A stretch of DNA of 29,249 bases from a virus (Duplodnaviria > Caudoviricetes). Numbering within the stretch: the first letter of the stretch is position 1; the number at the start of each line of letters is the position of its first letter. The stretch spans positions 1-29,249 of IMG/VR virus record IMGVR_UViG_3300035547_000161, one strand, 5' to 3'. A program made the translations under genes and the position numbers. The notes below the pieces were generated by a model. It searched no databases and was not told the DNA's origin. It saw nothing but the letters and a program-made list of their open reading frames with translations. Of the stretch, positions 1 through 12,500 are shown piece after piece.

Positions 1-171
1 AATGTTGAAGGAGTTCCCATCGCTGTCGATAGTCCATGAAGTCGCAGTTGTCCCAGTATCCGTCCCTTGCTCATGGAGAGGCCCGGTTGTGATAACAGGC
101 CCCGCAAACAAAAGCCCCGGCAAGAGGGTTGCCAGGGCTACAATCGTCAAAACAAATTTTGGTTTTTTCAT
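1..171 (-). CDS. Signal-peptide-bearing putative virion structural protein, N-terminal 57 aa only (runs off left edge; absent from ORF track)
   Basis: ATG at 171 preceded by GAGGTG SD (GAGGTGATTCTATG). Open to position 1: MKKPKFVLTIVALATLLPGLLFA-GPVITTGPLHEQGTDTGTTATSWTIDSDGNSFNI. Confidence 0.8.
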   Translation of the reverse strand, partial: MKKPKFVLTIVALATLLPGLLFAGPVITTGPLHEQGTDTGTTATSWTIDSDGNSFNI

Positions 172-175
172 AGAA

Positions 176-538
176 TCACCTCATCCTGTAGTAAACGATG
201 AATCCGACCGTGCCGGAAGTCGTAACCTCGACATATACCCCTGTATTGAAGCGCAGGGGAGGGACAAAGCTGATAGCCGTTGCGCGGTTCGCTGCCGAGG
301 TCGTAACCACGGTATCTTCAGGAATCAGGTTGGTCCCGCTTGCCGCCGTGTTATCATAAATATTCACGGTGACAGAGTTCGTGCCATCGGTGTTAAGCAT
401 GATCCCATCGAGAATGCCGGGGCCGGTGACAATGGACCCGCTGCTTGTCGCCTCATCACTGGCCACACTGTAGATAGTTGCGGCCTGGGCAACCCCCGGC
501 AAGGCAAACAAAATCAACATTACAAAAATCTTCTTCAT
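176..538 (-). CDS. Small beta-rich putative virion protein with signal peptide (120 aa)
   Basis: ATGA overlap with the stop of the giant gene. MKKIFVMLILFALPGVAQA signal peptide with AQA cleavage site. Mature part is beta-strand-like (GILDGI, VNIYDNTAASG, PLRFNTGVYV), as in small phage structural proteins. Confidence 0.85.
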   Translation of the reverse strand: MKKIFVMLILFALPGVAQAATIYSVASDEATSSGSIVTGPGILDGIMLNTDGTNSVTVNIYDNTAASGTNLIPEDTVVTTSAANRATAISFVPPLRFNTGVYVEVTTSGTVGFIVYYRMR

Positions 539-3500
539 CCTAAATCCCCCTTTCGAGCTGCCCGGAACCGTTCCCGGCGAGATGGTTTAAATGACGTCCT
601 AAGCGACTGCCTGATAGATTTTGCTGTGATATAGGTTGCCACACCTCTTTGTGCGGCCCCTGTTCGTTTCACGCGCTCGTTGTACTCCATGATCAATTCA
701 AGGATCTTGGCCCATCGGTCTTTTGTTCGATCCTGGGCCGGTAACAGGTAAAACTTTTTGATCCTTGCATTGATGTCCCGTTTCCGTTCGCTCCACTTGG
801 CAGAGGTCTTGGTGTCGCTCCACAATTCTTCGCGGACCCCGGCGATACGTGCCGGGTTGAAGGCCAAGGAGCGTAATGCCGCCTCCCACGGCCCAAGGCT
901 CACCTGTTCATTCCCGTAAAATAACGGCGCATTGGTCCTGGTAGTAAGGCCCTCTGTGGATTCGCGATAGGCTTTAAGCGGGCCTGAAATAGCAAGAGGC
1001 GCAATTCTCTCGATCCCTTTGGCAACATCCCCCTTTAAAATGCTTTTCCCTCCCTCGTAAACATCCCCGATTACGCTGCCGGGTGCGCCCAAAAGGTCTT
1101 TAAAGTTGGTGGGGAGGTCCGTAACCCCTATCTCAAGCGAGCCTTTAAGGTTGATCCCGATCAGGCCGAAAGCCCCGAACCGTGCGAACCTTTCAGCCGA
1201 TGCGCCAAGGTTGGCGTCGAGCCATGCGTAGATGTCCTCTTCGGGATCATCGATATCGAACGCCTTCGCGATAGCGGACATGATGATTCCCCAACCAACC
1301 ATACCGCCGGCGCCGGCCAGGATAGCCGGCGAAACCGCCATATAAGTGAACGCTTTTGCGTGCTTCGGGTTCCAGCCATCGCCCCACAGATCTTTCATGG
1401 TAAGAAGATAGTTGTGGGAGAAGGTTTTAAAGACATAAAACGCTTTCATGACGTGCGCTGCCGGATGTGTCCCCCGCGCGATCAAGGGCCAGTTTGCTTT
1501 ACCATACGTCGCGTGGGCCTGGTCGCTGATTTTCTTTGCAAGCTCGAGCATCTCGTCATGGTCCATTTTTCCCTGATCTTTCAACCCGAGATAGGCTCCT
1601 GCGATGGTCGCCACACGGTTGAGCTTTTCAGTCGCCCCGAAACCGATCATCCCCCAATCAATAACCCGGTCCATCCCCCGACCGGCTTTGGATTTAAGCA
1701 CTGCAAGGGCTTCACGGTTGTATTGGGCGTTATGCCATCCATTGTCGTGGATCTCATCGAAGAGTTGCCGTACATCTTTAGGGAGGCTCGCCTTGTCTCC
1801 GAACGCATATCTCTTGTAGTAGCGGGAGGCCTTTGAAAGATAGCTGAACGTTTTACTGAGAGGGATATTGCCAAAGCCGTTCATCGAGGCAGGAACGGAA
1901 GTCACCAGCGCCGTCAAGTTCACAAGCGGAGCCGATACTCTGCCGGACAGATATTTCATGACCGCAAGCCCCTTGATGGAGCCAGTCAAGCGGTCTACGG
2001 CCTCATCGTTCCGGAGCATGTGCTCGATGTATGTTTTCCCTTCCTTAAAGGCATTGGACTGGTTTACAGGGTCAACCCGCCGATTTTCAACAAATTCCAG
2101 ATATCCCTCATATGTGGGATTCTCCTCCATGCCCCGATACATGCTCCATGATATGTCCGTTCCGGTAAAGGCCGCGAGCATGTCCTTTGCCATGATCTTT
2201 TTGGCCTCCCCCGCCGCGAGACCACGGGCGTATTTTGCAAGAGCTATGGCCGGATCTTCTTCGTAACCTTCCCATACATCAAGCCCGGTGGCATCCCTAC
2301 GGGCGATCATGTGTTGCCGGACCCCTCGGCCTTTGATGACGTTGGCGACCTGTTCAACGAGGGCTTTCGCGAAAACAGACTGAACGCCGAGATCCACGTC
2401 AACCGCTGCCTTCTCAAATGCTATGGCCTTGGCAAGACGAGATTCGAAATTGGCCCCTGGGTTTTCGAAATGCCAGACCCTGGCCCCACCCTTGTCGGAA
2501 GGAAAGAAGCGCCCACCCATGCGCTTGAATAACGCATTCGTTTCCTTTGTGGTCGGCCCCCTGACCATGAAATCACGTTTACCGCTTTCCAACCGCCTAT
2601 CAATGGCTTCAAGCCCGAAATCCTCAAGGGTAAAGCTCTTTGTCCTGATCCGGCTGAACGCTTCATTGATAATGGCTTCCTGGGCTATCACCTGGCCTGC
2701 CATCTCAAACACGTCCTCCGGCATTCGTTTCTGTGTGTCTTTTGTGACCTTGTAACCCTGGTGCTGCATCTTGATTTGCCAGGCATCGAGCGTGGTTTCG
2801 TAATCAAAATGTTTCCGGATAGGGTTCACGCCCTTTTTCGTCGCATACCCAACGTATCGGCCCGGTTCTCGGATTCGTGGGAAGTAATAGCCGCGCATGT
2901 CGCCCATCTTTGCGAGGGCCATCTTCAAATTAACTTCCACCCGCTTACCGTCGATGAGTACGGTTTCGGTCGGTAGCTTCTGCCCGGTCTCTTTGTAGTG
3001 CTTAATCAAATCGTCCATGGACTGAAACAGGATGTCAAAGCCGTTATTGGTCGCCCGCCTGAACCTCATTAAGGCATTGGCGGCTTGCTCGGTCGCACCG
3101 GACTTCAGGTAATCGTCGCCCTCAGCCCTGATCATCGCGTCAACGGCATCGGACTCTTTGTCGAACTTGCCGATCGGTTTTTTCCTTCCAGGCTGGTAAA
3201 GCTCGAATTGCTCAGTGTCGGGGTTCTTGACTACCCTGTATCCTATTTGGTTCTGATCGTGGTCTTTCAGGTACTTCTTGAGGTTGAGGTATTGCCGCCG
3301 GTCTTGTTTCCTCAGAAGATCGAGAGCCTGGGTATGGTAGGTTTCATCGGCTCCTTTCAAGATGTCGTCTTTGAGCCGGTTCCGGTTGTCCTGGTTCTCC
3401 ATCGCTGCGTTATAGACGCGGCCCATGGATGCTATTTCATGGAAGAAATGCGAAGGGACAGACAAAAGCCGTTGCCATGATTTGAAGTCCCGTTTATTGC

Positions 3501-6500
3501 CCTCCTTCCATCCCTGGTTTCGAACGGCGGGGATTTTCCTGACCGTATCCCAAAGGGAAATCGTATCGGCTTGGTACTCTTTGTCGAAGGCGGTGGCTTC
3601 CTTGGTGGGTTTGCGCTGGTAGCGTAGGCGCTCCCCTTCTAACAGGGAGCGAGATGGACTAGGGAGGGGTTTATCAAGATATTTATTGAGATGAATAACA
3701 TCCATCTCAACGTAGTTCAAGACAACACCGCCATCGGGGGTTATCACGAAATCAACCGGGCCGACAGTATCCAATAACCATTCAATCCACTCGTTCGCAT
3801 CATACGCGCCAGCAGTTAGCCCTATATCTTCCGGGATAAAATTTTCTATTACAGCGTTTCCGATAGCCTCTTCATTAAGCTCGGTTCCTGTCGATAGCTC
3901 AATAGAATCCCTGATATCTCCTAGCAAAGTGCCGTTTTTATATTGGCTAACTGCTTGGTTAATTAAATTTTGGATGTCTGAAGTCGTCTGAGAGGAAAAA
4001 TCTAATACTGAAGCGGTTTTCTTGGGCTTTATAGCATAAGTCCGTCCATTCTTGCCCCAATCCGCCCAATCCCAGCTATTCGTTGTTTCAATAATGTGTT
4101 CTTTGGCTGCTTCTTCAAGATTTTTATTATCCGTTCTGCCATGGATATACCATCCGTCAGGGACAGATATGGAATCATCTCCCGCCGCATCAAGATATGC
4201 TTTAATTACTTTCCTGCTTTCGGCCTTTTTTGGGGATACGGTGGGTATGCGGCCTTCCCCCTTCTCGGTCATGGATGTTATCTTACCAGATTTTTCCTTT
4301 TGAGTAAAACGTATATCCGGGTTGTTCGGGTCAAATGTCGTGTTGTAAATGGATTTTATTTGGGTGGGATGGAAAACTGCTATGCTAACGCCGGCCTCAT
4401 CCTTCACATAAACGGAGTCGTAGCCCTGATCGCGCCATTCAGCCACCTGGATATTGTCTTCAGCTTGACCCCAGGGCATAGGAGTGTTCTTTGTGTTCAC
4501 AGGAGTTGTAGCCTTAAGATAAACCGGCTCAATTCGCGCTTTGCCACGAGCCGCTTCCCGTGCGGCTTCTGGTGTGAAAGCGAAATAAATTGTCTTAGCA
4601 CTATTCCAAGGGCGAAAAACATCAATCGCATCTGCATCCGTTGAGTGATAAACAACCAACGGCTCCCCGTTTTCATCCACCACTTTTGATTTCCCGAACC
4701 ACCGCACAAACGCCGGATTGTCGGTGATCTTCTTGACGGCTTCCTTGAGCTTGTACCTTACGGGCTGCGCGAACTGGTTTATGCCTATCGTTTCTCGTTC
4801 CCCTGCCATCAACGCCTCGGCTCGCTCAATGAGGTTCCGGGCTTCAGCCCTGGTTATGTGGATACCCGGGAAGACTTTGCGTACCCACTGCATGACCTTT
4901 GAGATAAACCTGTCGATCAGCGCCCCGGTTTTACCTTCCCGGACCTGTGAGGCGAAGACCTCTTCGGCGGCCAAGGCCTTATCCGTCTCTTCAAACTCAT
5001 CCATATACGCCTGGACTTCTTGCTTGTACTTATCGGCCACCTGCCGGAAAAACCGCTTGCGCTCAAAAGCATTCGGGATGATCTGAGAAAACGCCCAATG
5101 TCGGCCCTCATGCCCAAGCAAGGCCTCGATGAATTGAACCCTGCCAGCGTCCCTCGATGAAAGGTTATCGGCTACGATGTAGGTCTTGCCTCGATAATTG
5201 AGCCCGTTATACTGGCCATCCATCCCCTCGCGTTGGATCTGAGCGAGGACATCGGCGGGTAGATCGGTTTCAGACTGCACGACTTCAACGAGCCCCTCAA
5301 GCCCCTTGAACTCTTTACCTATTACCCGGTTGACATCGGTTCTTACCGCTGCCGCCCGGACAGGTCGTCGTGGGGTTTTGTGGGCCGCGCTGTGGCGGGA
5401 GAAGCGGATTCCACTTTCTCGGAAATCCGGGTAATTCCCAATGACAGCGGGATAGTCAAGGTAACTTTCACGCCGGATATAACCCTCGCGGAGATGATCA
5501 AGTTTTTCCTCAAAGTCCTCGGTGAACGCTTCCTGATGTTCGACCTGAAGGATAGGCAAAGCCTTCTCATAAGCCGTTTGGATATAAGTTGCATCAGAAG
5601 CTTCGTCCATCTGGTTTTGTATCGTTATCCTTGCGCTTGTATCTTTTGGTTTCAGCAACGTTACAACATCTTCAATGAAGCTATCCACAAGATTGCGCCT
5701 GTTTTCTGCCGCTTCATCCCTGGACATTTCAGATATTGCTTGCATTTCAAGGGCTTCTCCGCTGCCCTCGTCTGCAAGCTCTCTTTCAAGCCGCGCTACC
5801 TCAGCCACCGCTTCCATGTATTCGCGCTCATACGCAAAAGGGGCTCCAAGTCTTTTCTCGACCTCGGCCGACTCTTCTTTTTTTTGTCGCAGGGTTCGTT
5901 CCGTGCTGTCGATATTTGAACCGAGACTGTTTAGAAAATTAATAACTTTCGTAGGCGAAAACTCTCCCGGGTCCCAACTCTCGCTAAGGCCTTCTGCAAA
6001 TCGGATGGTTACATCCGCGAATTTAGGCTCGCCGTTTGAACGCCGACCTCGTACCTCGCGGTATATGTCGAGAGAAACAGAGCCTTTGCCTACTGCCTTG
6101 GCAGTTATCGAACCAATATACTCCTCATCTGCATTTTTAAGGCTCCTGACATCTCTTAGCCTTACCATGATAGAATCACGGAATTGCTCCCTTTTGTCGT
6201 AAACCTTGCCGTCTATCGTGCCGGTTTCAAACGCGACATGCCCACCAGGGATATGCTTATTCATCTTTTTAAGCTTTTCTAAGAGCCTAGAATTATATTG
6301 GACGGATGATTTTAAATCTCTTCGTTTCCACTCCAACCGACGCTGGTCGTTTGTGTATTCAACATGGAGGTTCGCATACCTCTCCAATTCGGTCCGAAGG
6401 GCCACCAGCCTAATAACCCGTTCATCCCCCGTAGCAATCGCGGAGGCCATTTCGTATTGAGACGTTTCCGAGACATCTTCCATGGTCCGCAAATCTTTTT

Positions 6501-9500
6501 CACCGAGGAAAGCCTTTTCGATAAACCGGCTCTTCATGGCCACCAATTGCCACATGGTCGCGTCATAACTGCCCTTGGTCGCATACCATCTTATATCAAC
6601 CTCTTCGTTTTGGTTCCCTTGGCGGATAATCCGGCCCAGGGGTTGTTCGACATCCGAGGGATACCATGGCGGGTCGAGGTAATGCAGGTGGGATAATCGG
6701 GTTTGAATGTTCATCCCTGTCCCCATTTTTTTTGCCGACCCAAAAAGGATTCGTTTCTTACCGTTCCGTAAGTCTCTAAAAAGAGCCTCTTTTTTCGCAG
6801 CGTTTTTATAGTCGTCTATCCATGCAACGTCTTTTGTTGGGATCCCCGCTTCTTTTAACCTCTCCATCACCCAGGCTCTTGCGTCGAACCCACGTTTTTC
6901 CTTAACATTCGCGCCAAAACCATGGTTATAAAAGCAGACTTGGACGCCGCCTTTACGGGTAGATTTCTTGCCGTTTGGCTCTAAATATTCGTTGTCTTTG
7001 GTTTGGTTATAAGTTTCGATAACCCCGTCTATAAACTTATTGAGTTTGCTCCCGGGGTTATTCGGTACGGGCTGCACAAAGCGCATATCAATAGAAGCAA
7101 GACGTCCATCCGTAATAATATTTATAAGAGGATCGGGATTTCCTCTTTCGCTGGGAGATGGTTTCCACCTTTCGCTAGCCTCAATCCTCGGTTGAAGGAC
7201 ATCTGTCTGGTAACTCTTGAGCTCCGGGATTGGTTCAGAAGCGACGATTTCAGGCTTCCCCCCTTTGATATTGGGGAGTTTCACCTTGGACCCAAGTTGC
7301 GACATTGTAAGGACATCCATAAATTGTCTTACCCGGCTCATCAACTCAGGGATATTGATGAACTTTGAGAACCTTTCAACGGGCTTAAATTGCCCCGCCG
7401 TGTTCATTTCGTACCCAACGGCAGACCGGGCGAAGTTGGATGCCCAGGCGTCAAAATGGTCGATACCGTCCTCTTCCATCCCCTTGGGGTTAAAAAACCG
7501 CATCACAGAATAGAGCTCCCCGATTGTATTTGTAATCGGGGTTCCTGAAGCAAAGGTATGGGACCTGCCGGGATTTTGTTTTTCAAGCCATAGTGTCTTT
7601 ATGTAAAGATCTGTGCTTTTTCTTGAGCCAACCGGATCAATCCCCTTGATTTTCTGATTTGAAATATAGTCCAGCTTCCTAAACTCGTGAGCCTCATCGA
7701 CGAAAACATAGTCAACCCCCATTTCTTCAAAGGCAACCGCTCTATCCCCCTGAACGATCAGACTATTGAATTTCTGCTCGGCTTGCTCAACGCGTTTTTC
7801 CATTTGCTTGACAAGATAATGGGGTTCCCCGGCATCCCGCATCTCCTCCCATGCGTATTGTAGCTGCGCGATGAAATCGTCTCTTACAGGAGCTATGGTT
7901 TCTTCTTTTAAGCTGAGAAGCCCGAAAGAGGAGTGAGGGATAACGATTGCATCGGGGCTATTAAGGGTCGCCTGGGAGATAAACCGCCGTCTATTTTCGG
8001 TGTGGAAGTTTTTTTCATCAGCTACCATGACGTGCGCCATAGGGTAAAGTTCATTGAATTCCCGAGCGAATTGCCCAAGCATGTGCTTCGGCACGACATA
8101 CAAGGGCTTGCTGATCATCCCGAGCCGCTTCATTTCCATCCCTGCCGATATCATCACAAAGGTTTTACCGGCACCAACAGAATGCGCGAGGTAACTATTG
8201 CCGGTTTGGATAATCCGCCAGATAGCACGTTTTTGATGATCGTAAAGTTTTATCAGGCTCGATGCCCCGGGCAGGGTTAAATGGGACCCATCAAAATGCC
8301 TCGGCGCAAGGTTGTTGAACTGTTCGTTGTAGATTTCAAGAAGGACTTTTGCCCGATCTCCGTCCTCCCATACCCAGGAGCCGAATCTTTCTTTAAGAGC
8401 CTTTACCGCTTCATTCGCGGCTGTTGTCGCAGCGGTGTCGGTCCATGTTTGTTTTGTGTCAGGATCTGTCCGCGTGATCTTAATCGCCCTGCTGTTTAGC
8501 GCAGCCTCGAATACCTCATTCGGACCCCGGTCAGAGGTCCCGAATTCTACCCCTGGCCCCCTCATCCCCTGAGGCCGAAACCGACCTTTCACCTCGAATG
8601 TGTTGCTGGCAGGATAATGGTCAACCCTGCAATTGCTTAGATGAAGGACCTGCTTCCCGAAGTCGCTTAGATATTGGGTAGGTATCCAAGGGCCTCCGGG
8701 CGTAACCGTGATGTCTTTCGGACCAAGGGGGGAAGGCTGCACCTTTTTGAGAGCTTCGACATTCCTTTTGTATTTGGCATCTATTTCCGCCGCGGCCTGG
8801 GCTTCTTTGAGCTTTTTTACGACATTGCCTGAAAGATATTCATCCGACAGGGTTAAGCCCTTTGATGGATCCTCGTAGACGATATCGCCAAGGCTCTCTA
8901 TTGTCTGCTCCTCAGTTAAACCTATTAGTTGAGCGACATGAGAAATGTCCAGGTGCCCACGTTCGTTTAGGGATACGGCGAGAGCATCCCCTATGGTCTT
9001 GATTTTCGGCTTTTCAGGCTTGCGGATGGTACGCTCAGATAAGACTTTGCCTTCAACAATCTGCCCATCTTCGTCTATACTTTCAAGAGCGGCAACTTTG
9101 GACCCTTCTGTATCCACAGACAGGAGTTTGTTGTTTTTATACCTTCTATATGCAATCTCCTCGATGTCCCCATCATCGTTTTTTTGCTTTCGGGTACTAA
9201 GGGTATACTCAAGTATCCTGCCGTGTTTCTTCGTGAACTTGCGATATGCGGTTTGTAATTTTTTCAGGGATTTCTCCCATTCGCCGTCCGTCAACTGATC
9301 GTAATGCGCCGATTTAAGGACATCACGGAGGGCAACATAATCTTTCAGCCAAGCCTCATCGGTTTTGCTCAGCTTGGGATAAGCCTGTTTGATACTGACC
9401 CCTGATCCATAATCGACGATGTTCAATCGACCTTTATCGGTTAGGTATACCCCACCCTCTTTTTTAATTTTCGGGTCGTAATCCCTTTCAAACACCTGTT

Positions 9501-12500
9501 CTTCAAGAGTCCCAGAATCGGACTGCACGGGGCTGTAAACGTTCTTCGGGAGTTTCCCCACCGCTTTATTAAACAAAGATTCGATATCTTCATCCGCAGG
9601 CAAAACGGTGTATTCGTTCGCGGCTCTCATGCTGCCCTGGAGGGAATGCCGGCCAAGGACCATCTCAGGATGATTGGCAAAATATTCATTGACCAGGGCG
9701 GTTCCTTCAGGGACCTCGACTTCGGCAAGGTCAAGCCATGCTTCCCCTGCAGGCACTTCTCCCTCAACCCGTTTTTTCAAGAATATTACATCGGTTACAA
9801 CTTCGGTTCCGGCGTTTTCCTTAAAGGCGGTTTGAGGCAAGCGAATGGCCCCGATGAAATCAGCCGATTTTGACAGGTAATCCCTGACTTTCTTTGATTG
9901 AGCGTCCATCGTGTAATGGCTTGTAACGAAGGCAAGAACGCCTCCCGGTCTTATCCGGTCGATAGATTTGGCAAAGAAATAATTATGGAGAGAAAATCGT
10001 TGTTTACGATACTCCGGATCCGCGAGGATCTTCGTAGGGGCGAAAGGCGGGTTCCCTGCTGCGGCATCAAAAAAGTCTTTCGGGAAAAGCTCCTTGGTGA
10101 AGTCTCCATTTACGATGCGGTGATTCGGGTAAAGGAGCTTGGCGATACCTGCAGATATGGGATCCATTTCAATGCCGGTATAAAAGGTATTTTTGCGGAT
10201 ATCCCTCGGGATAAGACCTGCGAAATGGCTTATTCCTGACCCAGGGTCAAAAAGTTTCCCGCCATCGAAACCAAAACTTTTAAGAGCTTTGTAAATCCCC
10301 CTGATAATTCCCTCGGAGGTATAGTGAGCGTTTTGTGTGCTTTTCGCTGCAGCCTTGATTTCATCTGCGGTGAGAAGTGACGTTAATCGCTCTACAAGAG
10401 GCCCCCATCCCTCTCTTGCGGAATTTAGGCGGACTTCCCTTGCCCAAGCGTAACCCGGGAACATATTATTGGCGAGTTCGGACGCACCCCACCCGACATA
10501 TTTGGCGAGAGTTTCTTGTTCCTCTTTTGTGGCAGGTCTGTTTTCAGAAAGGATTTTTTTGTAGAGTTCAATGGCGTCTAGGTTGTTCTTGGCGGCGGTT
10601 TTCCAACCACCTTTACGCTCAAGCCCACCCTGGGGTATTACATAATCGGTCCCTTTGCTTAGAACTCCAGGTACGTTGCCTGTATCCCTTCCCACTCGCT
10701 CCGGAGATCGGCTTCGTATGCCGCGGCCCACTTTATCGGGTTTTGCTCCCGATTCTTTTCGCTTGCGTGTTTGTCCAAGGCCCGATCCCTTTTCTCCCTG
10801 AACGCTCCCATCATCTCTTTCTCCCGATTCATCAGGAACATCTGCAACTTCTTCGACTTCTTCAATTCCTGAAACAGGGCCGGGTTCTTCTCCTGCAGCG
10901 CGTCCTTGATCATCTGTCGGCGCATTTTCTCCCTCGATTCCCCTTCGAGCATTATCGGGTCCATGGCTTACCTCCTCCCTGACAAACTTCTCGAAATACG
11001 GCCTGCCTTTGGGTGAGAGACTTTGGAGCGCGACTTGGACGAACTCCCTGGCGCTTTTACCGGCCGCCATAATTTCGTCCCACGCTTCTTGAAGCAGGGG
11101 CTTAATCAGCTCGTACTTCGACATATCAACTTCTTTACCGGAAAGAGCCCCTTCCTCACCTAATATTTTATTGATTTCCTTAAATTTGTCAATAGCATTT
11201 TTAATATGGTCAACGGTTTCCCCGGCTTTCTCACTGGCAGTTGGTGCCGGTGCCGGTCTTGCGGGCGCGGGTCCACTCTCTCTGAAAAAGGGTTTTTCTC
11301 CTACGGGCTCGCTCTCGGCGGGAGTAACCGGCGGGGTTTCGCGGGTAGGGGTTTCCTTCTTCGGCAGCTGGTCAAGGATATCTTGCGTTGGATCCGCGTT
11401 GTAAAAACTCCATACCTTTTTGGGGCCATACCACCTGCCGCCTGCGGCCTTCATCGCCTGCATGTGCTCTTTGGTGTTCCCGGAGACTTGCCAGACCTGC
11501 TTTCCGTTCTTGGTTGTAGTTTTTTCAACGGCAAGACCATAGTCGTCAAGGCTCCCTGTGGGGTGGGTCTCGGCTTTTTTCAATTCTTCAGGGGCATGTT
11601 CTTCGGCCCAGGCATCATATATGGCCTGGTCTTTCTTGGCGGCCTCCTCAAATCGTTCAGCACTTCTTTTAAGCTCGGCTATCCTTTCCGGCTTCCTCGC
11701 TCTTTGGGCTGCAGCCCTCTTGCTCTTGGCCTGTTCCCGGGCATATTTAGCCGATGATTTAACCTGCTCGGGGGTTTGCCATTCGCCGGGATTCACCTCG
11801 ATATCGGGTTTGGCAACGGGAGCCTCGCCTGTCTCCGGCTCAATATTCGTGGGCGAAACAAAATCAACGACATATCCCGAATCGGTTTTTACCTTGTATC
11901 GGATATCCTCCCGTTTTTGCGCCTGCCCTCCCATAACAGGGGCCATGGTCCAGGTAGTTTTATCAGCTTTTAAGATAGTACCGTGCCGACCATCGTAGCC
12001 GGTTGCAAAGTTTTTGAGAACAACACGGTCGCCCTCTTTAGCCTCTACGGGCGTTTCCTTCGGCTCTGGAGTGGGTTCCGCTTCGGCGGTCTCCATCTCC
12101 GCGGCTTGTCTGTCCCATTCGGCCAAGAGGTCATCGGCGGTCGCGTCCTCGGCCTTGATGGTGGAGGTGTCCTTCGGCGCCGGGGTCGGGGTAGGAGCCG
12201 CGGCTTCCTCTTTCGGTTCCCACCTATCTCTGACCGACTCAAGACTTGCTTTTTCCCCCTCACTGATATGTCGCCATTTTGTTTTTGACAATCGGAAGGC
12301 TACCTTGTCGCTATACCCCGCTTCTTTTGCGGCTTTGCGCCGTCCGGTTTGCGTCAGCTCATGATCCCAGGCGGTCGTTAAATCTTCCTTTTCACGCGCT
12401 GGCGCGGGTTTTTCTCTCGTCCTGTTCTCCCTCCGCATCCTATCCTTCCAGGCGTCGAACTCTTTCTGCGTCGCTTCACCCTTTGCAACCTGGTACGCCC

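Noticed and set aside
2-634. 210-aa plus-strand ORF
   Set aside because: Antisense shadow of three minus-strand genes that have SD sites and coherent products; no recognisable motifs.
5878-6733. A8 runs in the giant gene (5878-5885, 6726-6733) as programmed frameshift or phase-variation sites
   Set aside because: They encode ordinary Lys-Lys within an intact frame, and no supported alternative-frame product follows.
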